The position numbers and the translations under genes were made by a program. A model generated the notes under the pieces. It was not told where the DNA came from. It saw only the letters and a list, made by a program, of their open reading frames with translations, and did no database searches. A DNA stretch of 64,000 nt. Source: Gordius albopunctatus (taxonomy: Eukaryota). The stretch covers positions 5,208,001 through 5,272,000 of the forward strand of contig OZ193910.1 of NCBI GenBank assembly GCA_964276515.1, in the 5' to 3' direction. This document shows, in pieces, positions 52,799-64,000 of the stretch (position 1 is the first letter of the stretch; each line of letters opens with the position of its first letter).

Positions 52799-54605
52799 TC
52801 TATATATATAAATTAAAGTGTATGTATGTGTATAAGGGCTAAATTCTGAAACTACAAACCCGATTCGCGCCAAACTTCACCCGTAGGTTCCCAGGGGGGC
52901 CAGGGGCAAAATAGCTTTTGCAGAATCCTAAAATTCCTTTTAGTTTTAAAAATATCGGACATTTCCCGGCCAGTTTTATTTATAGCATCATATACAATAA
53001 TGACGTCATACATACAAGGCTGAAGTCAAGCGCGTAGGGAAGGGGGGGGGGTTTCGGGTTTGAACCCCCCCCCTCCTCCTGGATATTATTTTTTTTAAAC
53101 ACAACACAAAATTATTGACAACGAGCCTTATTATGAAGCGATATTCCATTTATACATACTTCCCTAAAAAGAGTAACATTTGCATTTCTGAGGAGAAAGA
53201 TACAAATAGTCTTGTCAAAAAAATCACTGATTTTATATCAACCCCCAAAAGATTTAATCTTTTCACTTCTAAAGTATTGTCATTGCCGGATAACCCTAAA
53301 TTCACAAAATTAATATCACTGTGTGAAACTAGGTGGACACAAAAGCACAATTCTGTTCAAAGATTCTGTGAAGCGAAGGAAGCAATATTTGCTACCTTGG
53401 AGGAGATGTGTGAATGGGACGATGAAGAATCATCGTCCAATGCGGCAATTTTGCTTTCATCATTAAGGACATCCAACTTTTGGCTGTCTTTGTACATGCT
53501 AAATCAAATTTTCTTTACACTATTAATCTTAGCAATTATTTGCAAAGGATTAATATAGACCTTTCTCAGGCCATAAATGCAGCCGAAAATGCGTTTATAC
53601 AGATTCAACATTTGCGGGAAAATTCCCAAGAAGAATTTAGAACAATCTACAATGATGTCTTGTCACTAGGAGATATATATGATTTAAAAATGACTATTCC
53701 TAGGAGAGCCTCACGACAAACTCTTCGTTCAAACATTGAAACATCTTGTCCAGAAACTTATTACAGAGTTTCGTTGTATAACTCCTTTTTAGATGCGGTT
53801 TTGGTGGAACTTGATGAAAGGTTTCTAAAAAAACAAGCAAATACTGTTGGGATTTGAGTCCCTTCTAATTAAGTCCCCTGTCATGCTCTCAACAGAGATA
53901 TTAAATAACTTTCTTCAATTGGCAAATTTTTATGAAGAAGATCTTGACGGCTCTCAAGAACAATTCAAATCGGATATTAAATTGTGGTATCAGTCGTTCA
54001 AGGACTGTGAATTAGAGAATTTGCCTACCAATGCATTGGAAACATTAACCAATCATGCGTCCAAATTAAAATTACATCCAAATATAAAAACATTATACCA
54101 TATTTTAGCCACACTCCCCGTTACAACATGATCTAATGAGAGATGTTTTTCAGCTTTAAAAAGACTAAAAACTTACCTCAGGAACACAATGCGACAAGAA
54201 AGGTAAATTAAATGGTTTTACTAATTTTTAATTTAGGCTTACTCGATTAACCTTGTTAAATGTACATAGACAATATAGCCCCAAAACAGAAGATATTATT
54301 AATGCATTTTTATCCAAAAAACGTCGATATTAATTGTTTATAGTTTTTAAATATTTTGTTATATTATAATTTATTTTTGTTTTATTTTTACTTTACTTTC
54401 AATAATATATGTCGAAAATAAGATTAATTCCAAAAAAAATATGGCTTCAAAAATTTTAAACCCCCCCCCTCTAGCAAATCCTGGCTACGCCCTTGGCTGA
54501 AGTTTTCTCGAAATACAATAATGACGTCATACATACAAGGCTGAAGTTTTCTCGAATTAGATATTTAAAAGTATAATAAAAATGTTACAGTATACGGTCA
54601 AAATT
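52799..54605 (+). mobile_element. Helitron-like element (3'-truncated) interrupted by a hAT
   Basis: TCTATATATATAAA start; core AAGGGCTAAATTCTGAAACTAC...GACATTTCCCGGCCAG shared with the other copies. Confidence 0.7.
53027..54495 (+). mobile_element. hAT with frameshifted ZMYM1/P52rIPK-like transposase C-terminal half
   Basis: CAAGCGCGTAG...CTACGCCCTTG, exact TSD GCTGAAGT; LCETRW, LATLPVTT..ERCFSALKRLKTYLRNTM. Confidence 0.9.
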
Positions 54606-54660
54606 ATTTGGGTTTAATTAACTATTTAAATTAAATAAATAAAATTTAATTAATAGCTTT

Positions 54661-55946
54661 AAATTTTTGCGCTTCACTAATATGTAGTCGACCTGTGTAA
54701 GGTGATTTCTACTACTGTACGTCGCTAAATGTTCGGTACGCTTCTGAAAGAAGGTATTCACAATGGCCATATCGTAAGCTTGCGCCATCTGTAGTAACTT
54801 CTCTCCCTCTTTATTTTTCACTCCATAGCCATGCCCGCCGTGATTTCGTTCGTACACGCCCCTTTCTTTCCCAACGTGCCCATTAAAGTCTGCTCCGATG
54901 ATGAGATTCTCGTCAGGCTTCACGTAGCGTATTTCTTCTTCGAGCTTCTCATAAAATTCGTCCTTCTCGTTTTCGGAACATCCAACCTGGGGCGAATACG
55001 CACAAATAACATTGACAAGGCCGCCTTGATCCGCCAGCTTTATGCACATCAATCTATCTGAGCATCGTTTGACTTCGACTACCTTGTCCTTAAAGGAATC
55101 GCTAAGCACTATACCGACCCCGTTCTTCCGTGATGGGGAACCCGAGTAGTATAGCTTGTAACCATCTCCTAGCTCCCTGGCTTTTGTTCCATGCCACCGT
55201 GTTTCTTGTAGACACGCTATGTGTATCCTTCGCCTTTTTAGCATCTGCGCAACCTCGATGCTCTTCCCCGTCAGCGTGCCCACATTCCAGCTAGCCACTC
55301 TTGTCCGTTCGACAACTAGGTTCCTTAACCGCCTTCGTTGTGAGTGAGGCGGTGACCCTTGTATACTTTTCACATTGCACGGGTGAATGATGCAATGCGC
55401 GTCGTTTGGGGAGGACGCCCTAGCATTCTGGTATAAGTTCGTATTTGAAGCTGCCATGGTGTTTGGAGTTGCTTTTTACAGCCGGCTTCCGACCTGACGC
55501 CAACCCTCCACTTTTTTCACACGGACTTGGGACCGTCTTTGGTAGTGTTAGGCATTTTCATCAATATTATTGTTTAAACAATAGGTGAGTGTTTCGATTG
55601 AATCTTCATCATTGGACAAATTTAAATCCTCTAGAAATTTTTAAAATTGGCAATGTAATCACAATATTTATAAAAATATTAATATATATAAGAAATCAAT
55701 ACTATATAAACATAAAATAAAAGCCTAAGTCACTTACTAGAAATACCAGGGTTTGGTATTTTAAGGGGGGGGGGAAATTTTTGTATAGAATTCTTCATAA
55801 TTTACAACTCTTCGCGGCAATCATACATACATACAATTTACAATCAATGGTGGAAAATTATGTGCAAGTTGAAAATTAAATTATAAAAATTGAATGTATA
55901 TATTATGTTTCCAGACTTTTATAAGTGTCTCAAAATCTTTTATGCA
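54661..55946 (-). repeat. Inverted near-identical duplicate of 35559-36840 (hAT interior + RTE family A 5' end)
   Basis: Same hAT/LINE junction and near-identical APE ORF (54618-55457). Confidence 0.92.
55497..55555 (-). ncRNA. Twister ribozyme, duplicate of 35947-36005
   Basis: Identical except one change in an unpaired loop (AAC to AAA). Confidence 0.88.
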
Positions 55947-56326
55947 GACGAGACAAGATTTTGCTTTCGAGACCGAGACAAGACGAGATCGCAACACTAA
56001 TCCTTCCTAGCTCATTTGTGTAAGCCATCTGCGTAGGTTCGTCTGCGTATACGTTAAGAGATGTGTGCAAATTAAATTTAACCACAACTGCAACAATTGT
56101 TAACATTGTTAGACACCTAATTTGACTACACTTGCCTTAAACTTAATCTTACTATATTTAATATATAACATACTTTCTAATTCGGCGCGTTTTTTTGATC
56201 ATTACTTTAACAAGCAAAACAGTCTAGGCAAAAGTTACAAGTTGCATGGCGTCGACTAAACAGCTCAGAAGCTTGAGAATGTGTGCCCAAATATTTGTAG
56301 GTTCACAAAATTATTAATGTGACAAA

Positions 56327-58264
56327 ATGCAAAATGCCCTTAAGAAACATTTTCTTAGGATCATCATTATTCAAATAGTAAATTTAACTTGTTTAAACAT
56401 TTATTCAATCAAGGTATTAATCCTCGAAAAACATGTGTTCGATTTTTTGGGTTATATGTGGTTGCTCATAATTATCAATTTTATTCAGATTATATTTTTG
56501 ATATTTGGCTTTTATGGTGTTAAAAATGATGATGAGCGCTATGTTTTATTGGTAATTATTATTTAGACATTGATTTAAAATAATTAAAGTACAAATCTTG
56601 GACTTTTATATGGATTATTTGGAATATCTTATTGTGTTGTATTTATACTGAAATTGGAAGTTTTGAAGGGGTATCATTATTTTTCTTTTTATATGTAGTT
56701 CTTTAAATATGATATGATTTATATTTCTGTTAGCTAATATAGCAATATCTACTAGTTTATTATTATATTTTTATAATCATTTAGCAGTATTAATTCATTT
56801 AGGTATCTTATATTTTAGTCATATCACTATTTAAACTTCAATGTTTATGATAAATTTGCCAATGGACAATCATGGTGGTCTTATAATAGAATATTATGTA
56901 TCCAAACCTCTAAAATGGAGTTTAATAAAACTGGAGAAGCTAAGCTCTTAAAAACTCACTCAAGACATGATTGCTTATTTAATGGTCATGTTATTGACTT
57001 ACTACATACCTGTTTACAACTTTTTTTTGCTGTAAGTTTAGGTTACTATTTTATGTATATATATTGGTAAACAGATAATAGCATTATTGCTGTCATTCTA
57101 CTATAGTGTTTTTAAGGAAAATAAGGATGGTAATTTTATTCAAATACTTTTATTATTAATAATTTTTTATAAGTTTCTCAATTTTGGTATAAAGATGTTT
57201 GTAAAAGAAATACTGGTTCTAAGCAAAACGCATTTTTAAGTGGTAACAATTATTCAAAATGTATTAATACATTTAAATCCGCATCACATTCAACTGTAAC
57301 AACAACATCTCACCTTGATGATACAGCCTCTAATTACCAGCATAATTTACTCAAGCTGAATGGTAAACAAAATAAAGAGGTCACTTTAACTGAAGACTTA
57401 TGGAACAATCAAACATTGACATTGGGAAAGCGGAAATCTCCTTTTTACAATATATTTAATCCTCATCAATGTCAAAATAATGATAATGAGGGTACATACG
57501 GTCTGGGAGAATGTATATTGACAAACTTACAATTTGACCACAAACGCAGGCAGCCCATAACAAATTTGGATGACACAATAGAACCTTGGCTAACCAAAGG
57601 TTACGAGAAATCTAACCATTTCCCACCCCCGCCTCCAGAATCTCTCTCAACTCTGACAACTACATACCCTTGCTACAATAGTGATAATGATAAGCCTAAT
57701 TCCAGATATTCCAACTTTACACCTTCGCCCATAGTATCTTCGCCTCAGCATTTTGGCCCAAAGACTACTAATCTGACATCAACTAAAGTGCGAAAGGGTG
57801 CTAATATGCCCGAAAAAATGAATTCTCAACTGAGTGCGGCTCGCAAACGGAGAACCAATCGAGGAAGTACCAGACGCAATAGATTGAAAAATCGAACAAC
57901 CTTAGCTAAAGGCTTCAATCAGGCTAGTTATTGTCCTTCTGTTACTGTCGCACACATTCCATCTAGTTTCGCACTTTCCAAAGAAATGGTATCAAAAGTT
58001 GATCGAAGTAAGGTGAATTTACCTTTGGGGAATGGCTACGTTTTGATGGATGATCAATCATCACCCAAAACCGGGATTAATAAGCTTACTGAGCAAAATC
58101 AAACAAATCTTCCTCTTTTTAATGAAAAAAATTTTAATTTTATAGTTCCTAATTATAATGTTAAATCTAAGGAGCGCGAAGATCAACTTGTTTCCCGCTT
58201 GCTTCGAGATGATAGGAGAAAAAATATAATGCAATTACAAGATATAAACTTTTTGAAGACCTAA
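56327..58264 (+). CDS. NKAIN: Na+/K+-ATPase beta-subunit-interacting protein with long C-terminal tail, multi-exon
   Basis: LEKHVFDFLGYMW..INFIQ..FGFYG, WIIWNILLCCIYTEIG, SWW, DCLF...LQLFFA. In-frame 36-nt intron at 56378-56413; last exon open from ~57173 to 58264. Confidence 0.82.
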
Positions 58265-59404
58265 ATAATGAATCACAACTCTTTTTGAGAACATTTACTT
58301 TTTTATATGATTTTTATGTAATTATTGATCGCATATTTTTGATCAGTCACTTTTATTAAAAATGTCTACCATTTTTGTAGCAAACTCAATAAGTGCGTTT
58401 TGTATTTATTTGTAACTAATTTTTATATAAATTATGAATCGTATATGTTTAGATTGATTTGCATTGTAAATAGACCATAATCAATATTTGTAGTTTCAAA
58501 TTTTTGCACGAGATTCATGGTTAATTTAGCTTGTAAAAATTATTAATACCCCAAAAGTACAAAGGGAACTTTATTTCAACACACAGTTGTTGCTCAATAA
58601 TCTCACATGACGTTTATCTACTCGGATCTATTCTTAAAATTATTCCAAAGTTCACGTTTTCAAACTTTAAATAGAAATATTTTTTGCATGTTTTGAAAGA
58701 ATAATTTCTGCCTATTCTTATGATAAAAATTATGTTTATAATTATATTTTTATCCTACCATTTAAATTTAATGTCACCTAGAATTGACATTGAGTTATTT
58801 ACGTATTTTTAAACCTTGTAAACGATGCCTGTTGACACCTAAACTATAAAAAACTTGATTTAAGTTTTGGAAGCCATTACAATATGTCTTATTCCTCTAC
58901 CCTTAATTTTAAAGCCACAGAGATAAAAAAAAGTTTTTGAAGAAAAGTTTTAAATCTGTGCACTTTATATTAATTTTAAAACAGTTTAATTGTACCGCAT
59001 AAAGGACATTGAATTACATATTAGAAGAATTGAAATGCCCTAATTTAGATAGAAAATAAGTTATTTGGTTTATCCTTCCAAGAAAATTTGAATTGGCAGG
59101 ATGATGAAAAATTATTTTTTCCGTGTGGTCGACAGGAAGGTGATAGTCGAGGCGTCACCAACTCAACATTATTTTGAGCAACTTTTCTCCAATAAAATTG
59201 TCACACATTTTATTAATATAATGAATTTAAATGCCAGCCATCATAATATTAAAAAGAGTGTAATATTGCTAACTCCTAACAGGACATATAACTCCGAAAA
59301 ACCTTAAAATGTTTTGAGAACCGTAATTGGGTTGCTACATTTTGATGGTCTCATACGGAATGACCTATTATAGGTTTCAGGAGATAACACAATACTTACT
59401 TATA

Positions 59405-59810
59405 AAGAGATCGTAATAACCCCTTTCAGGAGTGCCGCAATTTACATTAAAGTAGACTCTAATTAGCGGCATCTATAGCCAATATTTCAAATATAACAAA
59501 ATAATTATTATCTACCATAATTATGAGGGTTATTCCTTAACCACCATAAGAATGGGTTGAATCTAATTTGGCCTATGCCTATCTCGCTTAGAATGTGACA
59601 AGATGATTAACTATGCCATACTGATGAGCTCTAATAAGAGCAAAAACGTTATATGTCTATTATCATCATTTTCGAGTCACATCCTAAAAAAGATAAGGAT
59701 ATATATAGTCAAATTAGTCCCTAATTAAAATTGCCTATAGATGGCGCTAATTAGAGTATACTTTTAAGATAATTGCAACACTCCTGAAAGGGGTTTTTAT
59801 TATCGTCTTA
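59405..59810. mobile_element. MITE with long inverted arms
   Basis: TAATAACCCCTTTCAGGAGTG...TAATTAGCG.CATCTATAG inverted at ~59735-59805. Confidence 0.7.
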
Positions 59811-59957
59811 AGTCCTGTAAAGAAGAAGGGAGATTGTCGTGGTCAATTGTTGTGTCCAAGGGCTTCTGTAACGTCCGAGTCGGAGTGTTAGTCTCAGAGG
59901 ATTGTAGCTATTAATTTCGGTCCGAATCGTAAAGAAGTCTTATTGTTGAGTTCGCGC

Positions 59958-61141
59958 TAGAGGTGTGCACGGATCAATCCGATCCGTCCGAACTCGGATC
60001 GGATTAACATTTTAATTTTGGAAGTCGGATCGGATCAACATTTTATTTTAGTCGGATCGGATCGGATACCAATAATAATTAAATTAATAATTTTTAGTAT
60101 ACCTTTTCGTAATTATCTTTGCATTCTTTTTTTACTTTACCATTTTTGATGCCCAATACCACCCCCTTACCCCTTACTTACCCTAATATATTTATCAGAA
60201 TTTCCCTAGCTAGACGTAGACACGCATCTCTTTCTATTTCATTTCAACTCAACTCCGAAAATCATCAATCACTCTCCCCTTTCCTTAAAGCACACGCGTA
60301 GCTCCTTTCCCTCTTGATTTCGGGTAATCATGAATGATGTAGCTTGCCTTCTTAGAAGCAATCTCCATGGTGCAGCAGGGGTATTGTCTGGTGTGAGTCA
60401 CGCTGACTTAAGGGGAAAAAATAATGGGGGGGGGGGGTGTTGGAAATAATCATTTGGATTCGTAACAGCTAGCAAATACACCAACATTGTTTATCAGATT
60501 AAAAACCGTCATGGAAGAAATAATAAAAAAATTAAAAAAAAATCTTCTCAAACAAGTTAAAAAAGAAGATGGAAAAAGTCAAATTTGGAGTTACTTTGAC
60601 CTTCTAAATGAAAATGATACATACACCGGTTGTGCTATATGCAAGAAATGCCATCATATCTACACATATAATTCCATTCGAGGTAGTTCCCATCTTTTGC
60701 ATCATAAATGTATTCCAAAAACTTCAGCTAAAAATACACTTGACAAATTTCCTGCCAAGGCTTTATAAGCTGGCAAATAAATTTTTAGCTATACCTGCTA
60801 CCTCTACCACTTCGGAAAGAAATTTCTCGGTGGCTGGAAGAACATTAGAAGAAAGAAGAACGCGAATTAAACCAGAAAATTTAGATTCTTTATTATTTTT
60901 ATATGATAACATGAAATTAGTCAAATAAAATTTTATATTTCAAGTATATTAAAATTGCTATACCTTATTTTTATGTATTTTGAATTTAATCATCAATAAA
61001 AAGTTCTGTTCGTAAAATTTTAATTAAAAAATTTCGGATCGGATTTAGATTTTAAAAAACTCGGATCGGATGGATACGAAATTTTTTAAAAACCCCTCGG
61101 ATCGGATCGGATCAAAAAAATTTGATCCGTGCACACCTCTA
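59958..61141 (+). mobile_element. Internally deleted hAT (BED finger + hATC)
   Basis: Perfect TIRs TAGAGGTGTGCACGGATC, exact TSD GTTCGCGC, TCGGA repeats; SQIWSYF..CKKC..H and FLAIPATSTTSERNFS. Confidence 0.93.
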
Positions 61142-61235
61142 GTTCGCGCTAACTGCTATTCGTGAATTTGAGAATTTTTTTATTTGATAAATATAAGTCA
61201 GAAACTGTTTCGAGGGGTTGGATCATGGTCCAAGC

Positions 61236-62979
61236 TAGGGATGGATATTTTCCCGGGAAATTTGCTTAAGGGAAAATTCACGGGAAAATACGGGAAATAA
61301 TGGGAAAAAACGGGAAATAATGGGAAAAACGGGAATTAACGGGAAAAAACAAGAAATTAAGGGGAAATAACGAGCAAGACAGGTAAATTAGTATAAAAAA
61401 ATTTCCATGAGTATGATTAAGATTAATAAAATTTATTAGTTAAACAATATAAAGAAGCAAATACAGGAAAATCATTAAATAGCCAATGCTAATTTTTCAT
61501 CTAATTTCTCTTGCTGAGTTTGGGTCATGCTATCAAAGTAACTAATAATATTGGATGTTGATGGTTTTGGGTCACATGAAGCAGATGTTTGTTGTATAGG
61601 GCATTTTTCAAGCATTACCTCACAAATTGATGATTGTGGAGAGGGGGGCATTAAGAAAACTTCTTGACAATTCTTTTCCTTTATAAAATTTGGTCACTTA
61701 GCTATATGATTTGTCATTTTGGTTGAGTTTGGAAATGTATATTTTAAATTGCAATAATTGCAAACAGCAATACAATACAACCTTTCTTATTTGAAGATAA
61801 ATGTTTAGAAAAATGTTTCCAAATGTCAGATGTTTTTCTTGGCATTTATTAGTCAAAAAAACTAACTATTACTATTAGTCAAAAAAATAAGTTTAATAAT
61901 ATTAAATTTTTACATTTATTGTTTTCAATGGATTACAGATTATTTTTACCAGAATTGTGTGTAAATTCAGTTTAAATAAAATGTAGAAATTTTAATTTAG
62001 TAAGATATAACAAATACTTCTATATAAAAAAACTAAATACTAGCATAAAATAAATATCTATTTAAGATTACTTGATTTGAAGTTGGTAAAAATATTTTCA
62101 CAGTTAATGGCAATAAAAATATAATAGATTTTGCTAAATATTTTAAATATTTAAGCATATGTAAATTTACCTGTTAATATAACTCAGAGGCTTATCTAGG
62201 ATTATTGTAATAATTAATTTCAGTGTAGATTGTAAATTCTCTAATGTTAAATGAAAATTTGATATATTTTTTAAATATTACTTATACTTACTATTAAGTT
62301 GGTTTATAATATTTTCAGATTTAGAGTAAAATGGCAATATAAAATTTAAATGATTTTACTAAATATTTTAAATTTACAAGCATATGGAAATTTACCTGTT
62401 AATATAACTTAAAAGCTTATCTAGGATTATTGTAATAATTATTTTAGTGTAGATTGCAAATTCTCTAATGTTAAATAACAAGTTGATATATTTTTTAAAT
62501 ATTACTTATACTTACTATTAAGTTGGTATATAATATTTTCAGATTTAGAGTAAAATGGCAATATAAAATTTAAATGATTTTGCTAAACATTGAATTAAAT
62601 TTACAAGCATGGTAAATTTACCTTATATGGAAAGAATTTTACACTAGAGAACTAATTGTTAATGTAACTATAAGGGTATATTGTTTTAAATTATTATTGA
62701 GATAATTAACTTTAATGTAGATTGCAAAATCTTTTAAGTTAACAACTAGATGCTAATAGTATTTAAGCAAATTTTCACAAATTATAAATTAGGAAATATT
62801 TAAAATATTGGTTACCACGAGGTAAATATGAAATTAAAGTAAATTAAAATAATATATAACTTAAATTAGATCATACATATTTGATTTAAAAAATATATTT
62901 TTTAGGGGAATTTTCCCTGGGGAAAAATGAATTTTCCCCGGGGAAGTTTCCCGGGAAAATTCCCATTGTGCCATCCCTA
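61236..62979 (-). mobile_element. Non-autonomous hAT with BED remnant and internal tandem repeats
   Basis: TAGGGATGG...CCATCCCTA, exact TSD GTCCAAGC, GGGAAA subterminal repeats; SDIWKHF..CNYC..H on minus; ~235-bp repeats at ~62100-62620. Confidence 0.88.
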
Positions 62980-63320
62980 GTCCAAGCACAATCGACACAA
63001 AAAGAGCACAAAATTCGTTTCGCATTTTATCGATTACTTGTTTTTCCTATCGTTTAAGCTTATTTTAACAAAGTCTGTGCATATTTTTTAGAATTTACGA
63101 AGTCAGCAAGAAATTTAAAATTGTGATGCAAATTTTTTAATAACTCATAAAGTAACTTATATTTATTAATACCCATAAATTGTAAATTCAGGTATTATTA
63201 TCTAAGTTATATATGATCTTATTAGGAAAGGTAGAATTGAAAAATACCTGTCATCTTTTAGAGGAAATTCGTTTTTAAAAAGCATTATTTCAGAAGAAAC
63301 TTTCAAAGGTATTTTAGTTA

Positions 63321-63566
63321 ATGCAGCTTAATTTTAAATTTATATTAACCCTTGCCATTTATATTATAATCTTTAATATCAATTTAGTTATTAGTCAATC
63401 TTATATGAAAATTAGTCCATTAGCTATGAAAAATTTAATGCAGCTAAATGAATTAAAAAGACAAACAAGAAATCAATACATTTTTAATCCAATAGCAAAA
63501 TTTTGTAAGAATTATAAAAAAGGAAACTTGCATCAAAAATTTGCAAGATCATTACAGAAATCATGA
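63321..63566 (+). CDS. Possible small secreted peptide precursor (81 aa)
   Basis: Signal-peptide-like N-terminus ending VIS-Q and a KR site, but very AT-rich and no homology recognised. Confidence 0.3.
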   Translation: MQLNFKFILTLAIYIIIFNINLVISQSYMKISPLAMKNLMQLNELKRQTRNQYIFNPIAKFCKNYKKGNLHQKFARSLQKS

Positions 63567-63802
63567 AATACATGCATCAACATATTTGAAACACATATCT
63601 TCTCACATGAAGTACGGAGAAAGAAATTTTTATTTACATATTACTCTCTAATTATATATAATACATATTGTTCACTGAATATATATAATACATATTGTTC
63701 ACTGAATTTTAATAAATATTGTATACATGATTTATTTAGAAACCTATAATAAAATTTTGGTTCTCATTTTATGAAATCTTTCAGTCTACAAATATTATAT
63801 AT

Positions 63803-64000
63803 GAAATCTATAAAATGATTACAAATTATTAAATAATTACCTACATATAGCTAGGATCTAAGATATATACTTTCACCATTTATTTAGAAATCTATAAGAT
63901 GATTACAAATTATTAAATAATTACCTACATATAGCTAGGATCTAAGATATATACTTTCACCATTTATTTAGAAATCTATAAGATGATTACAAATTATTAA
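63803..64000. repeat. 84-bp tandem repeat running off the window end
   Basis: GAAATCTATAA(A/G)ATGATTACAAATTATTAAATAATTACCTAC... starts at ~63803, ~63887 and ~63971. Confidence 0.9.

Noticed and set aside
27928..55999. A 28-kb composite transposon bounded by TAGTGATGCG and CGCAACACTA
   Set aside because: Flanks GGTAAAAT and ATCCTTCC do not form a TSD; more likely two separate remnants of one hAT family.
61255..61375. CRISPR-like or telomeric repeat array
   Set aside because: Irregular GGGAAA motifs without unique spacers; these are hAT subterminal repeats in a eukaryotic genome.

Overview
AT-rich animal (invertebrate-type) genomic DNA with very short spliceosomal introns (about 33-41 nt) and dense transposon content. 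Host genes: a ZDHHC2/15/20-like palmitoyltransferase (+), SMPD4-like sphingomyelinase (-), an intronless divergent rhodopsin-like GPCR (+), an SLC25A33/36-like mitochondrial carrier (+), NKAIN with a long C-terminal tail (+), and two small orphan ORFs. Mobile DNA: a young full-length Ty3/Gypsy element, two full-length RTE-clade LINEs from distinct families plus an inverted partial duplicate, a CRE-like LINE fragment, many hAT elements and MITEs with clean TSDs, Helitron-like repeats and a multi-level nested insertion stack. The strongest signal is that every RTE 5' end is a P1-type twister self-cleaving ribozyme. Both full-length elements begin exactly at the predicted cleavage site, two base pairs differ from the canonical rice twister in a compensatory way, and the 5' strand of stem P1 must come from the genomic target site. 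One insertion rebuilds a good P1 and the other does not. All calls were made by eye; no searches were run.
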